This document shows, in pieces, positions 1-17,037 of a stretch of 64,000 nucleotides of DNA. Every line of letters starts with the position of its first letter. Positions within the stretch are counted from its first letter, which is position 1. The translations under genes and the position numbers were made by a program. The notes under the pieces are model-generated. The model worked only from the letters and a program-made list of their open reading frames with translations. It made no database searches and was not told where the DNA came from. Source of the DNA: the human T2T-CHM13v2.0 reference genome, Homo sapiens. The stretch lies in assembly GCF_009914755.1 (NCBI RefSeq), contig NC_060934.1. The stretch is one strand, 5' to 3'.

Positions 1-896
1 GGTGATGGCTGTCATGGTTTCAGGTCTCCGTTTGAAACAAAATCAGTGCTTATCATCGTAAAACACAGTAGCTTACAGTATGTCAATTGAGGATCTCCAT
101 AATTTATTGACTCAATCTTTTGCTTATCAAAAACAGCAATACATTTCTCTAAAGATCTTTAGGGGGCAATCTCAGAAATACACATATACACACGCACAAA
201 TTCCTGGTTTCTAGGTGGAATTTAAATATAATTCTATTTTATTGCAATATTAAGATTCCAAATGTAAAATTAAAGAAACCCAAGAATTATAGAGGTTATC
301 AAAGACATATTAACTTGTTCTTGGAGTAAGTTCAAAATTAATAACAAAGGTATTATTATGCTAATATATACTTTATGATATTCTGCCCAGTAGAAGAGAC
401 TGAGAATCTGACTCTGGCAGTTTCTGACCTCCCTTTACTTTGAATTAATGGTGTGAACACTGTGTTTGCTTCTGAAATCTGTGATTTATGTGAAGTTTAT
501 GATAGAAACATGCAAGAAAAGCATAAACAGGGAAAAGAAAAAAGCAATGTTGATTGCTATTTGGAAAATTAAATGAGAAAGATCTTTTCTCCAAGATGTC
601 CTTAAATGATTCTCTATTTTAACCAAATCCAGTGGCCTGGTCCCTTTCCTAAACCCTGTTTTTTAGAAGGAATTTTAAATGTATTTGCAATTTATATTTC
701 CAATCTGAAGCTGGACACAAATTAGTTTGTACACCGATAGAATGCTAAGAAAAGCTTAAATCAATTTTCACCTTTTTATTTATGTTCCTCATTCTTCAGA
801 AACATAATTGCAGTTTTTATTAACTTTGTTTTATGGATCTAATATTTAAGAAGAAGTCTATCTTTTATGTCACAGCAAGAAGGTTAATGCACTTAC

Positions 897-959
897 AGAT
901 TCCCCTGCAATACATCTTGGGCAAGGCTGGGCTGAGCTCCTTCCACCATTCTGAGAAAT
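897..959 (-). CDS. C10orf143: C10orf143 coding exon 3 (ISQNGGRSSAQPCPRCIAGES); final exon lies left of the window
   Basis: Minus strand ttaactag| acceptor and |gtaagt donor; 63 nt, phase 0-0, in frame with exon 2; matches recalled C10orf143 protein. Confidence 0.9.
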
Positions 960-1019
960 CTAGTTAACAAATCACAGTTGCAGATATATCAGAACAATGA
1001 TTATTTACACTTTCTATTA

Positions 1020-1283
<264 letters not shown>

Positions 1284-3199
1284 CTAATTGAATTTGCTTT
1301 CAGAAAACTTCAGCTGCAAATACAGACCCCTGTGGAGCTGGAAAACTTTATAGGGCATTTGAGGAGATGACTTTAAACTTTATCTTTTCAGAATAACAAT
1401 CATCCATTACATTTAACCTCATTATTTCTTGCATTGCCTGATATTTACTTAGCTTTATACATTTAAAATAGTCATTTCAAATAATTTTGGCTGAAACTCT
1501 TGTAATAAACTATGGTGACTGGTTTATTGATATTGAAAATGTGCAAAACCTATAAATTTTGTTCAAGAAACTAGTTATATGCTTTTGCTTAGTATCAAGT
1601 TACATACTTTCTTAATACAATATGAATAATTCACATGTGACTACTTCTGTGTCTCACTGGCACTGAAGAGCAAATTAATTTTATTTACAAAGGTTGCATA
1701 CACAGTCCATAACTGATAACCTTTGGGAAAGTTAGCATTTGGTTTTTACTACTATGTGAACTAAAGAAAATAATTACAAAAGGAATCCTGTAATGCTAAA
1801 GAAAAAAAGTACTCAGTTTGAAAGTCCCAAGACTTTGTGTATTTTTAGGGTAACAATGTTGTAACTGACACAGAGTTTCAGAGGCAGGAGGACCTCTGTA
1901 AACAGTCATGGAGGCCACCCTGGCCCAGGGCGAGAAATCCACCCCAGGAGCCCTGGCAGCCAGCCCAAGAGGCCCCGCTGCTGGACAGCCCTGATGTCAG
2001 AACACACTTCATGGTACACTGGCATCTCCCCAACCTCTGCAGTCACTTGCAAACCACCTTTATCACTTTTGCAAAATGTGTTTATTATCCATACTACTAT
2101 TATTTAATATATTATTAATGGACTTTTTCACTTAATGCATCTACACAATATAGAAACCTTATGACAGACTAGAAATGATGCATTAAAAATGGGAGATGAG
2201 GGAAAAGGAAGAGAGGAGAATTCTCATTACTGTATAGTTCATTATCATATAAGCAATAGGTGAGTATTAACTGATGCTGAAAAAACTGAGAATCAGACAA
2301 TAAAGGGTTAAATAATAAAACAGGGGACCTAAGGATATTAAATCGGTTTAAATACAAATAATCACTAGAAAATACAAATCCTTCTACATCCAAAATTTTA
2401 AAAGAACAAGACCCAACTATACAGATGTACTTAAAATCAAGTGATTCTGAAAGGCTAAAAATAAAAAGGATGGACCAAGGTATAATAGAGAAATAAAAAC
2501 AAAAAGAGAGCAGGAGCAGATCACATAGAACATAAGCCCAAAGTGTTAAATACAACCAAGGACTTTTTTTTTAATGCTAAAAGCCACAGTTCACAGTGAA
2601 GACATAATGCTCATGAACACCTATGAGCCGAATAATACAACCATAACCTTTATCAAACAAAGACTACAGGAGATGTGAGCAAACACGGTTAGAAACATAC
2701 TAATAACACGAGGTTTCATACACCATTCTCAGTACAAGGCAGAGCAAGTACACAGAAAACAAGTAAGGAGATAGATTTAAACAACATAATCAACCAAGGT
2801 TGACCTTATGGACATATATATTGAACTCTGTACCCTGATAATAGAGTATACACATTCCTCTCAAGAACTCACAGCACAGTTACAACTGATGGCATTAAAG
2901 GAAAAAACAATGATTTCTATAGGGTAGAAATGTAGCCAATACTTTCTGATTATAATGCAATAAACTATCAATTATTAACAAAAACAAAAAAACAGAAAGG
3001 CACTTCCACCTGGAAATTTAAGAGTCTTATTATTTCTTAGGTCACCAACTGAGAGGAAAGAATTTAAAAAAAAATTACAATGAAAACACTACATATCAGA
3101 ATCCATGAAATACATTTAAAGCAGTAATCAGAGAAAAATTCATTGCATTGACACTTTTATCAATAAAAATGAAAGAATGAAAATTAATTAATAATTCCC

Positions 3200-3480
3200 A
3201 GCCAGGCACGGTGGCTCACACCTGTAATCCCAGCACTTTGGGAGGCTAAGGCAGGCAGATCGCTTGAGGCCAGGAGTTTGAGACCAACCTGGGCAATATG
3301 GTACCCTGTCTCTACCAAAAAATATAAAAATTAGCCAGGCATGGTGGTGCACCTGTAGTCCCAGCTACTCAGGAGGCTGAGGTAGGAAGATTGAGCCCAT
3401 AAGGCTGAGGCTGAAGTGAGCTGACATCATGCCACTGCACTCCACCCTGGGTAACAGAGTGAGACTGTCTCAAAAAATAA
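3200..3480 (+). mobile_element. Alu (AluJ-like)
   Basis: Dimeric Alu consensus with A-rich tail. Confidence 0.9.
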
Positions 3481-5054
3481 ATAATAACAATAATAATTCC
3501 CAGCTCATAAAAACTAGGAAAAGAACAAGAAAGCAAAACAAAAGAAAACACAAAGAAAAAATAAAGGAAAAAGCTAAAATTAATGAGAAAAAAGAATATA
3601 TAAGATAAAATTAATGAGGTAGAGAATAGAAAAACAGTAGATCTAATGTACAAATATAAATCCTGGTTTTTGGAGGGAAAAAAGTAGATAAACCACTAGT
3701 TAAGTTACTCAAGAAAAAGGAGGAGTGAATACAAAAATAGAAAATAAGAAAGGACACAGGGGAAATAACCAATGAAACAAGAAATTATAAAAATCTTAAG
3801 GGAATATTTCACAGACCTCTATGCAAATGAATTTGAAAAATGTAGATGTAACTGATAACTTCCTAAGGATAGTCTGATTACCAAAACTGATCCCATTAGA
3901 GTTAGAAAGCTTAAACTGATGATTTCCCAGAAGAAACAGAAAGAGTTATTAAGTAACTACCCACAAGCCCAAGGACCAGACGGTTTCCCAGGAGAATTCT
4001 CCCAAACCTTCAAAGGCCAGGTAATGCCAATGCTCTATGAAGAAGATTCTAGCACACTATCTCCTTTTATCAAGCAAATGTAACACTGATAAGCCAGACA
4101 GAAAGTACAAGAAAATACAACTACACACCAATCAGTTGCTCGGTATCGATGTAAAAATATGAAATGAGGTCTAAGATATTCGAAATATTAGGAAACTATA
4201 TAATGTACTATATTAATAAACATAAGGAAGTAGTGTGATGACCTCCATAGATTCTGAAAAATCCTTTAACAAAATTTAAAACCTATTTACGATAAAAGTT
4301 AAAGAAAACAGGAATTGAGGGTTATACTGTTAAATTAATAAAATACACATTCCTTAATTCATTACTAAATGGGGGAAAAACTAATAGCATTTCTACTACT
4401 ATCAGGACAGGGCAAAGATGCTCACTGTCTCCATTTCTGTTCAACACTGTATGAGAGGTATTACCCAATATATTGAGACGAGAGAAATCAATCAGCATTA
4501 TAAAAAGGGGTAAAGTAGTAAAACCACTTCTATTTGCAGTTGAAAACCATATATATATATATCTGGAAACCCCCAGAGAATCAATAATAAAATTAACTCA
4601 AACAATAAAAGAATTCACTAACACAGAATTAACATATAAAAATCAATAGCTTTCAAATACAAAATAATAATCAGAGAAAACGCCATTTAAAATAATTGCA
4701 ACAAGGATTAAATATCTAGGAACAAATTTAACAAGAATTGCACAAAATCTATACGAGGAGAATGTAAGGCATTCTTGAAAGACACTAAAGTAGATATGAA
4801 CAAGAGAAAAGACATCCCCAACTCTTGGATAGGATAACCCAACATTATAAAGATGACAGTTCTCCCTAAAAATTAATTTGTAAATTCAATATAATCCCAG
4901 TAAAAATCCCAGTAAACTATTTTATAGAGTTATACTAGTTGATACTAACGGTCACAATGAAAAACAAATATGCAAGAAGAGCCAGGAAAACCCTGAAGGA
5001 AAAAATAAAACAACTCCTGGACACGAAAACAAACCATAGACACTCCATAATTAA

Positions 5055-5759
<705 letters not shown>

Positions 5760-7037
5760 ACCACATACAAAACCAAACCAGATGCATTAGGGACCTGAAT
5801 GCAAAAGATCTAATTATAAAGAACTATGCAATTCCTAGGAGAAAATACAAGTGAATTCTCTAATCTTGGTGTAGGGAAAGATTTTCTAACTATGATTCAA
5901 AATACAGAGGCAATAAAATCAAGATTGACAAGTTTGACTATATGAAAATAAAAACTTCTGTAAGGCCAAACAAACAAAAAAATCCTAAACAACATCAAAA
6001 GATAACTGATAAAAGGGGAAGAAAAATGTTTGCAATATATACCACAGAAAAAGGGTGAATAACCTGAATATAAGAAACTGTTACAAAAGCTGAGCAAAAA
6101 AGGACCAAAAACCTGAAAGATAAATGGAGAAAAGACATAAACAATTTAAAAAAGCTATTAAAATGGTCCTCAAACATGAAAAAAAGTGTTCAAATGCACT
6201 CATATTTAAAGAAATACAAATTAAGTCAACATCAAGATATCATTTATCATCAGAATGGCAAAAATTGTAGAATGTGGTGTAGCCCCTGTTGGTGAGGCTG
6301 CAGGAAAACAGGCACCTCCTGCTTTGCTGGTGAGAATGCAAATTCTTGCAGGGAAATTTGGCAATACAAAGCTATATGCACATTTTTTAACCCAGCAATT
6401 ACAACTCTAGAATCTACCCAAAACATACACCTCCAACGATATGGGAAAAAAGCACATTTGCACAGTTATTCAATAGTGCAATATATTGGAAACAACCTAA
6501 ATGCCCCTACACTGGAGAGTGGTTGGATAAACTATGGTACATCCAAGCAACGAAGTACTAGGCAACTGAGAAAAGGAAGAGGAAGATTTCCATGAACTGG
6601 TCTAGAGTGATTTCCAGAATACATTGTTAAGTGAAAACAACAAAGTGCAAAAGAGTATCTATAATATGCTATCCTTTGTGTAAGAAAGAAGGGGTTATAA
6701 GAAAATGGACACTATCTGCTCATTTCTGCAAAAGAAATACAGGAAGGATATTTGAGAAATGAAAGAGACTGCTTTCCTACAGAGAGTGGATAGGAAAGGG
6801 CTGGGGAACAGGGTGGCATGGGAACAGAAATGAAGAGGGAGTGTAGAGCTCTGCATTAAAGCACCAGAGTAACATTTCACATGCCAAAAAGTGAGGGAAA
6901 AATGTAAGTAAACCAAGACATAGGGGGAGAGGAACCCAAGTGGAATACAAAAATAATGAACCTAACTACATTACAAATAAGTAACATAGCCACACTGAAA
7001 AGAACTACCCCAAATAACTTTTAAAAATACTATTTTG

Positions 7038-7405
<368 letters not shown>

Positions 7406-7660
7406 CTAGCTAGTAAATGTGTTTATTACAGGGTTAGCAATTTTTGAAATTACTTTATTGGCATTGGATAAATAAGTAAATACACTGTAAATAACAAGAG
7501 CAAAGTTTCTCACTGTTTAAGAAATAAGCTACAAATACAGAAAAGGGAGAGGCTACAATGAACCCAGTGGTGTTGCATTAGAATTTTTAATACATATCCA
7601 GACAGAGATATAGAAATATATAAAGATATGTATGTGTGAGTTACTGTGTGTGCAGGTGAT

Positions 7661-7694
7661 ACACACACACACACACACACATACATATATATAT
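7661..7694. repeat. (CA)n/(TA)n microsatellite
   Basis: Directly visible. Confidence 0.9.
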
Positions 7695-10600
7695 CCTAGC
7701 TGTGTCCACTAAGGACAGTGGCATCCTAGTAGCAAGATTACACTTATCACCTAGAAATTGGTTTCGAAATACCATTTTCCCTTAAAAGGAATCTGGACTC
7801 CATGGGAAGCAGCTGATTCAGGGAAGGAGTAGGGAAAATACAAGATGAGCCTCAAACACTTCATAGGCCAAAAACTTAGAAAGTTCTTGTAAAATGAGGG
7901 CATGTCAAAAAGACAAAGGCATACACCTGAAGGACTTCCTGTTGGCCAAAGCTGGAATGATTTAAGCAATAAAATAAATAAAAAACAGCACTGGATAATC
8001 CACAGAATAAAGTAAATGCCTATTAGTCTACCCATATCAAAAATAATTGAGTAAATAAATAGCTGAAAAGGGAAAGGACTTCCTTACAGTTGAATTCTAA
8101 TTAACAAATGCAAAAGGAAAGAAGGAAATACATTAAGTAAATACCACAGTAAAAATTATTGCAGGCAAGATCTAATAATAGATGCTAAAATTAGGAGGCA
8201 AAAGTTTAAGGAGAAACTGGATGTTTGCACAGCCTCAAACTATCTTCCCCAAGATTCGTATTAATTGTAAAGAGAAAAATAGTAACTTTACCGTGGATAA
8301 AACCATCGTAATCAAGTGACAAGGTTAACAACAGCAGTAATGGGACACAATACCATGAACCCTCCTCCGTACAACGTACCAAGATGGCACAACATCACTT
8401 CTGCAGTACTCATGCCAAAAATGCGCACCCTGACTCTAATCATAAGAAAATGTGGGACAACAAAATAACTAACCAATAATCACTAAGTGTCGAGGTCCTA
8501 AAAGACTGTCAAAGTGTCACAGATTGGAAGAGAGGAAGGAAACACAATAACTAAATGCAATGTGGGATCCTGGGTTAGATCTTGCAACAGAAAAAGGATA
8601 TTAGAGGAAAAACTGGTAAAATGGAATAAGGTCTATAGTTAACAGTACTACACCAACATTAATTTCATGGCATGCTAACTATACTAAGATCATTAACAAG
8701 CTTAAGTGAAGGATGTATATGAACTCTATACTATGTTTTTGCAACCTTTCTGTATGTCTAAAACTATTTCAAAATAACAAGTTTTTTAAAATGAAAAAAA
8801 AATATCTTGCATCCCTAATGTGAGAGAAATACTGATCTAAACCAAATTGCCTTCTCACAACCTCAACCCACTGTTTCTAATTATTCTCCTTTGAGCAACA
8901 TAAAATAAACAAAACCCCTTGTGTATGAGATAAACATTCAGATATTTGATGATCATTCTCAGACACTTTGGAGGCTTGTTCTCTCCAACCAAATATCCCT
9001 AGTCTCTCTCACTATTCCATTTCAAAGATGTTCTTCAGACTCTTCATATCCTAGACACCCTAGTCCAGTGTTTCTAAATTGCCAATATCCCGCTTAAAAT
9101 AAACCACGCAAAATACTTTCAATGCCATGTAACTAGCAGAGTAGAATCACCACTTGCCACTGTGTTTGCACAGGAGAAACCCACACTAGGTCAACAGCCC
9201 CAGCAACCACATCACACACAGGTCCATGCGAGCTCACCTCCCCTGCAACCCCCTCAGCTTCTCCACACAAACGTACTCTCTCATTCCTGGGGCTTATTAA
9301 GTCGTCTTTGTCTTCCTCTTTTTCTTCTTTTAATTTAACTGTAGGCTCTCCTATGTACACTAGTTAAATCTGATTTCCATGGAATATGTATTTGATTTGT
9401 AGCATATCAAAATATATTCAATCCTTATTCTGCCATATATTACAGTAATCGTATTAATCATCCTTAGGACTTTTGCAAATAATGCAGCCTTCTATGTCTT
9501 CACCTAAGTTGGATGACAGTTTGAAGAACTAAGACCAAGGCTTTCAATCTCTGGTTATTCAGGATCTGCTCAATCCTTACAGTGCAAAAGGAGGTGTGTT
9601 ATGTTAAAACTGGTTTGCTGTCAACTTTCAATCACCTGGATTAAAGGGGAAAAGTGGAAATATTAAGTATTCCCCACATAATTTTACAAGTTTCAATTTT
9701 CCCCCATCAGTAACACCATAGTCGGCTAATAGCAATAATATTATTTCCCTTCCTCTTTTCTCAATAACACAGGACTTACTCAAAAGGAAAGCAAACAGGC
9801 ATGCATGAATATGAATGAGAACCTGTACTTTCTGGATGAAATTTACAACACTTATGAAACTATATTCTACACCTTTTCTGTGTGGTTGAATGGCCCTTGG
9901 CACATTAAGGTCAGCAGACTTGTGATTATCTGCAATGAAAAGCTGACATTCTTCAAGGGGCGCAGGGGGCTGAAGGGCCAGGGTCCCGACAGCCTGTAGT
10001 AGGAGAAAGGAGAGCCAAGCCATACTCTGCCACCAAGGCGAGCAGAGTGTGGGTTCTAGTAGGGAATGTGAGGATGACATCTCAGTGGCACTCAGCCAGC
10101 ACAGTGAATTAATTTATTCATATTTTCTGTTACTTACTGTGGATTATTGAGAGCTGACCACATACGATACTGATCTATACACTTACTTGGGAAATAGTTC
10201 AGTTGTCATGGATGGGCCTGGACCAAAGAAAAATGACTGCCACAGAGGCATTTACATCTGGGGCTGCTTACGTTGAACGAGAAGATCTGTCAGCCTTCGC
10301 AAAGGCAGATGAAGGCTTATGCCAAGCTAAAAAGACACTTGTACTATATGAACGAAATGAAAATCCTAAGTATACACAAGGACCCCATTACATAACAATA
10401 ACTAGAATAGATCAAGTGACCAGCATCCTCATCAGAGAAAGGTGAAGCAGGAGCGTGGCCGAGAAATAGACGCTGTTTCAAACGATGCTAAATTAAAATA
10501 GCAAACAGGGATGGTGCTGCCTCAATGATAGAAACACACGAAGCTGCCACAGATCTCAGGAAGTCTTGCTGCCTGTCCTGAGGAGGCAAGACCAACCATT

Positions 10601-11091
10601 TGTTGAGGGGGACTTCTTCCTTTTCCGGAGGTGATGGTCCCAAGTGAGCTTAATGAGTGAAGTGTCTATAAGGGATAGGGGGTTGAAGACCTAACAGTTT
10701 GCCAGAGATGAGATTCAAAGCTTTGGTTTCTGTGCTGAGAAGAGCCAGCCCTTATATGAACCAGACAGGGGACATCTCCCCAAAGCCCCTAGAAACACAC
10801 AGCAGAGCCAGAGAACACGGAGCAGGGTGAGCAGAGCCCAGCGCCAGCTCTGCCACCGGTGGGGCTCTGCCATGCTGGCAGCCTCCGCTCTGGGCTCAAG
10901 AGGAGGGTGGAGAATAGAGAAGAGGCATGGTTCTCTGACCTCTTCAACAGAAAAGCACCACATACTCTCTTCAGTCAGCAAAGCAAGAAAATGGCACACT
11001 CTTCAACATCAAACACACTGAATTAAGCATATGTATTACATGTGTTAACACGTGAGCGAGCATATGAGTTAAGCAAATATACAGCAAATTA

Positions 11092-11400
<309 letters not shown>

Positions 11401-12379
11401 AATTATATAAATAAAATACCAAAGGAAATCATTAGAAATCAGTAATGCAATTAATAAGTCCACAAGAAAATATATTTTATATAAAATAATCTAATCTTTC
11501 ATTTTGAAGGTATTTTGAGAATTTTTATTGACTAATGGCCCTTATGCCGAAGATCATTTGTAGTGTAAGTGTATAATGCTGGGTAATTCAGTCCTTAGGT
11601 ACCAGGAACAGTCAGCTGAGGGAGGTTTCTTTGGTTCAGTTTAGTTCAAGTCCTACCATGATAAAGTTACTTCTGCAGGATGGAGCAGCTGATACGGATG
11701 CCCATTGGTCTGAACACAGAACAGGTAATGCTGGATGGAACAAGATTGAGAAGGCGCCACAGATTGCCATTTAGAAAGAAAGCATTCTTTCCATCAAGTA
11801 AAGATTCCTTTCCTATGACATTTTCATTTGGAGAATGACCTTGTACTCTTAGGAGGTTTCTTTCTATGACATTTGGTACTGCATCAACTAAGGAGGGCCA
11901 GAAGTTAGGATTCTCACACTGAACTCCTGCATTACCAGGGCACACTGGGGCTTTACCAACAGGATCTTAACATCTTGATACTGTGACCTTTTTTAAAAAA
12001 GACTCCTCAGCCTACTATGCTCGAGCTTTCAGTCCACACTCTTGACCAAGTCTAGCTTGGCAAAGAGAAGGCAAGTTCTGATATGAGCAAGCCAACACTC
12101 AAAGTAAGAGGGCAACTGAATTCTAGGGGAGTGAGTTATCTTGAGATAATGGAGAAGATTAAGGAAAAACCACTCTTCTACTTTGATTCTGAAAAAGACA
12201 TAAATGAACACATTGGACTTGTTGAGGATTAATTTTAGGCTTGCAAGGTTTACCAAGCACACTGTAAACCTAAGTTATAGTCCTGAATAAATTAAGGATC
12301 TTAAGGAAAGCAGTTATGCACATTTACTTGCAACAGGCAGAGCCTAATAAATGTCCTCTGCATTTATAGAAAACTAGTT

Positions 12380-12560
12380 TAGATGTTTCCACATTTGTTA
12401 TTTCATTTGATCCTCACAATAATCCTGTGACAATGGAGGGATATGGAGTTTTATTTCTATTTTATAGATGAGGAAAAAGAAGTAAAAAAAAACCTTAGCC
12501 AACTTGCCTGAAGTCTGGTGATATGAAATGACTGAGCTGGGTCAGCTGGGTCTTGAGTCT
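12380..12560 (-). mobile_element. MIR
   Basis: tcatttgatcctcacaataatcctgtga...ttttatagatgaggaaa core. Confidence 0.7.
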
Positions 12561-15500
12561 GCTTTCAGGCTAAGTGGAGAAATAAGACTGAAAAATACAA
12601 CTAAAGAAGCACTAGAAACTAAACAATGTATAAAAAAGACTTCAAAACTTAATATAATAGAAACTTAATATACAGCTCCAGTAATCAATATGGTATTGGC
12701 ATAAGGATGAACATACAGGTCAATGGCACAGAACTGAGAGTCCAGAAATGAACCCTTATATTTATGGTCAAATGATCTTTGACAAGGGTGCCAAGAAAAT
12801 TCAATGGAGAAAGAACAGTCTTTAGAAGACATGGTGCTGACACGATTCAATATCCACATGTAAAAAGATAAAGTTGGCCTCTTGACATATATCATGCACA
12901 AAAATTAACTTGAAATGGATCAGAAGCCTAAATGTAAGAACTAAAAGTGTAAAATTTTTAAAGGAGAACATAGGGAAAAAAAATCCTTATGATCTTGGAA
13001 TAGGCAAATATTTCTCAGATACAACACCAAAAGAATGATCCCTAAAAGAAACAAGTTGAAAATTTGGATTTCATCAATATTCAAAGGTTTGGGGCTTCAA
13101 ACAACACCATTAAGAAAGTGGAAGCTGGCAAGATGGCCAAATAGGAACAGCTCCAGTCTGCAGCTCCCAGCGAGATCAATGCAGAAGGCGGGTGATTTCT
13201 GCATTTACAACTGAAGTACCTAGCTCATCTCATTGGGACTAGTTATACAGTGGGTGCAGCCCATGGAGGGACAACTGAAGCAGGGTGGGGCATCGCCTAA
13301 CCCGGGAAGCACAAGGGGTCACGGAACTCCCTCCCCAGCCAAGGGAAGCCGTGAGGGAGTGTGCCATGAGGAACGGTGCACTCCAGCCCAGAAACTATGC
13401 TTTTCCCATGGTCTTCGCAACCCACAGACCAGGAGATTCCCTCGGGTGCCTACACCACCAGGGCCCTGGGTTTCAAGCACAAAACTGGGCGGCCATTTGG
13501 GCAGACACCAAGCTAACTGCAGGAGTTTTTTTTCATACCCCAGTGGCACCTGGAACACCAGTGAGACAGAACCATTCACTCCCCTGGAAAGGGGGCTGAA
13601 GCCAGGGAGCCAAGTGGTCTAGCTCAGTGGATCCCACCCCCAAGGAGCCCAGCAAGCTAAGATCCACTGGCTTGAAATTCTCACTGCCAGCACAGCAGTA
13701 TGAAGTCAACCTGGGATGCTTGAGCTTGGTGGGGGGCGGGCGGGGCATCTGCCATTACCAAGGCTTGAGTAGGCGGTTTTCCCCTCACAGTGTAAACAAA
13801 GCCTCCAGGAAGTTCGAACTGGGTGGAGCCCACCACAGTTTGACAAAGCCACTGTAGCCAGACTGCCTCTCTAGATTCCTCCACTCTGGTCAGGGCATCT
13901 CTAAAAGAAAGGCAGCAGCGCCAGTCAGGGGCTTATAGATAAAATTCCCATCTCCCTGGGGCAGAGCATCTAGGAGAAGGGGCAACTGTGGGCACAGCTT
14001 CAGCAGACTTAAACGTTCCTGCCTACCAGCTCTGAAGAGAGAAGCGGGATCTCCTAGCACAGCACTCAAGCTCTGCTAAGGGACAGACTGCCTCCTCAAG
14101 TGGGTCCCTGGCCCCTGTGCCTCCTGACTGAGAGATACCTCCCAGCAGGGGTTGACCGACACCTCATAGAGGAGAGCTCCAGCTGGCATCTGGCAGGTGC
14201 CCCTCTGGGACGAAGCTTCCAGAAGAAGGAACAGGCAGCAATCTTTGGTGTTCTGCAGCCTCTGCTGGTGATACCCAGACAAACAGGGTCTGGAGTGGAC
14301 CTCCAGCAAACTCCAGCATACCTGCAGCAAAGGAGCATGACTCTTAGAAGGAAAACTAACAAACAGAAAGCATCAACATCAACAAAAGGGACATCCACAC
14401 AGAACCCCCATCCAAAGGTCACCAACATCAAAGACCAAAGGTAGATAAATCCATGAAGATGAGGAAAAACCAGCACAAAAAGGCTGAAAATTCCAAAAAC
14501 CAGAATGCCTCTTCTCCTCCAAAGGAATACAACTCCTCGCCAGCAAGAGAACAAAACTGGAGAGAGAATGAGTTTGATGAGTCAACAGAAGTAGGCTTCA
14601 GAAGATGGGTAATAACAAATTTCTCTGAGCTAAAGGAGCATGTTTTAACCCAATGTAAGGAAGCTAAGAACCTTGAAAAAAGTTAGATGAATTGCTAACT
14701 AGAATAACCAGTTTAGACAATAACATAAATGACCTGATGGAGCTGAAAAACACAGCACGAGAACTTCATGAAGCATACACAAGTATCAACAGCCAAATCG
14801 ACCAAGCCAAAGAAAGGATATCAGAGATTGAAGATCAACTTAATGAAATAAAGCATGAAGATAAGATTAAGAAAAAAGAATGAAAAGGAATGAACCAAGC
14901 CTCCAAGAAATATGGGACCATGTGAAAAGACCAAACCTACATTTGACTAGTGTACCTGAAAGTGACAGGGAGAATGGAACCAACTTGGAAACCCTCTTCA
15001 GGATATTATCCAGAAAAACTTACCCAACCTAGCAAGACAGGACAACTTTCAAATTCAAGAAATACAGAGAACACCACAAAGATACTCCTTGAGAAGAGCA
15101 ACCCCAAGATACATAATCGTCAGATTCACTAAGATTGAAATGAAGAAAAAAATGTTAAGGGCAGCCAGAGAGAAAGGTTGGGTTACCCACAAAGGGAAGC
15201 CTATCAGACTAACAGCAGATCTCTCAGCAGAAACCCTACAAGCCAGAAGAGAGTGGGGGCCAATATTCAACATTCTTAAAGAAAAGAATTTTCAACCCAG
15301 AATTTCATATTCAGCCAAACTAAGCTTCATTAAGTGAAACATAAATAAAATCCTTTACAGACAAGCAAATGCTGAGAGATTTTGTCACCACCAGGCCTAC
15401 CTTACAAAAGCTCCTGAGGGAAGCATTAAATATGGAAAGGAAAAACTGGTACCAGCCACTGCAAAAACATACCAAATTGTAAAGACCATCGACAGTATGA

Positions 15501-16737
15501 AGAAACTGCATCAATTAACGGGCAAAATAACTAGCTAGCATCATAATGACAGAATCAAATTCACACATAACAATATTAACCTTAAACATAAATGGGATAA
15601 ATGCCCCCAATTAAAAGACACAGCCTGGAAAACTGGATAAAGAGTCAAGACCCATCGGTGTGCTGTATTCAGGAGACCCATCTCACCTGCAAAGACACAC
15701 ATAGGCTCAAAATAAAGGGATGGAGGAATATTTACCAAGCAAACGGAAAGCAAAAAAAGCAGGGTTACAATCCTAGTCTCTGATAAAACAGACTTTAAAC
15801 CAATGAAGATAAAAAAAAAGACAAAGAAGGGCATTACATAATGGTAAAGGGATGAATGCAACAAGAAGAGCTAACTATCCTAAGTATATATGCACCCAAT
15901 AGAGGAGCACCCAGATTCATAAAGCAAGTTCTAAGAGACCTACAAAGAGATTTAGACTCCCACACAATAATAGTGGGAGATTGTAACACCCCATTGTCAA
16001 TATTAGATAGATCAACGAGACAGAAAATTAACAAAGATATTCAGGATTTGAACTCAGCTCTCGACTAAGCAGACCTAATAGACATCTATAGAACTCTCTA
16101 CCCCAAATCAGCAGAATATACATTCTTCTCAGCACCACATTGCACTTATTCTAAAATTGACCACATAATTGGAAGTAAAACATTCCTCAGCAAACGCAAA
16201 AGAACGGAAATCAAAACAGTCTCTCAGACCACAGTGCAATCAAATTAGAATTCAGGATTAAGAAATTCACTCAAAACCGCACAACTACATGGAAACTGAA
16301 CAACCTGGTCCTGAATGACTAATAGGTAAATAACGAAATTAAGGCAGAAATAAATAAGTTCTTTGAAATCAATGAGAACAAAGACACAATGTACCAGAAT
16401 CTCTGAGACACAGCTAAAGCAGTGTTTAGAGGGAAAGTTATAGCACTAAATGCCACAGGAGAAAGTGGGAAAGATCAAAAATTGACATCCTACCATCACA
16501 ATTAAAAGAACTAGAGAAGCAAGAGCAAACACATTCAGAAGCTAGCAGAAGACAAGAAATAACTAAGATCAGAGCAGAACTGAAGGAGATAGAGATACAA
16601 AAAAACCCTTCAAAAAAATCAATGAATCCAGGAGCTGATTTTTTGAAAAGATTAACAAAATACATAGGCCACTAGCCAGACTGATAAAGAATAAAAGAGA
16701 GAAGAACCAAACAGACACAATAAAAAATGATAAAGGG

Positions 16738-17037
<300 letters not shown>

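Noticed and set aside
11667-11945. 92-aa minus-strand ORF in unique intronic sequence
   Set aside because: Non-ATG start, no recognisable homology, no convincing acceptor
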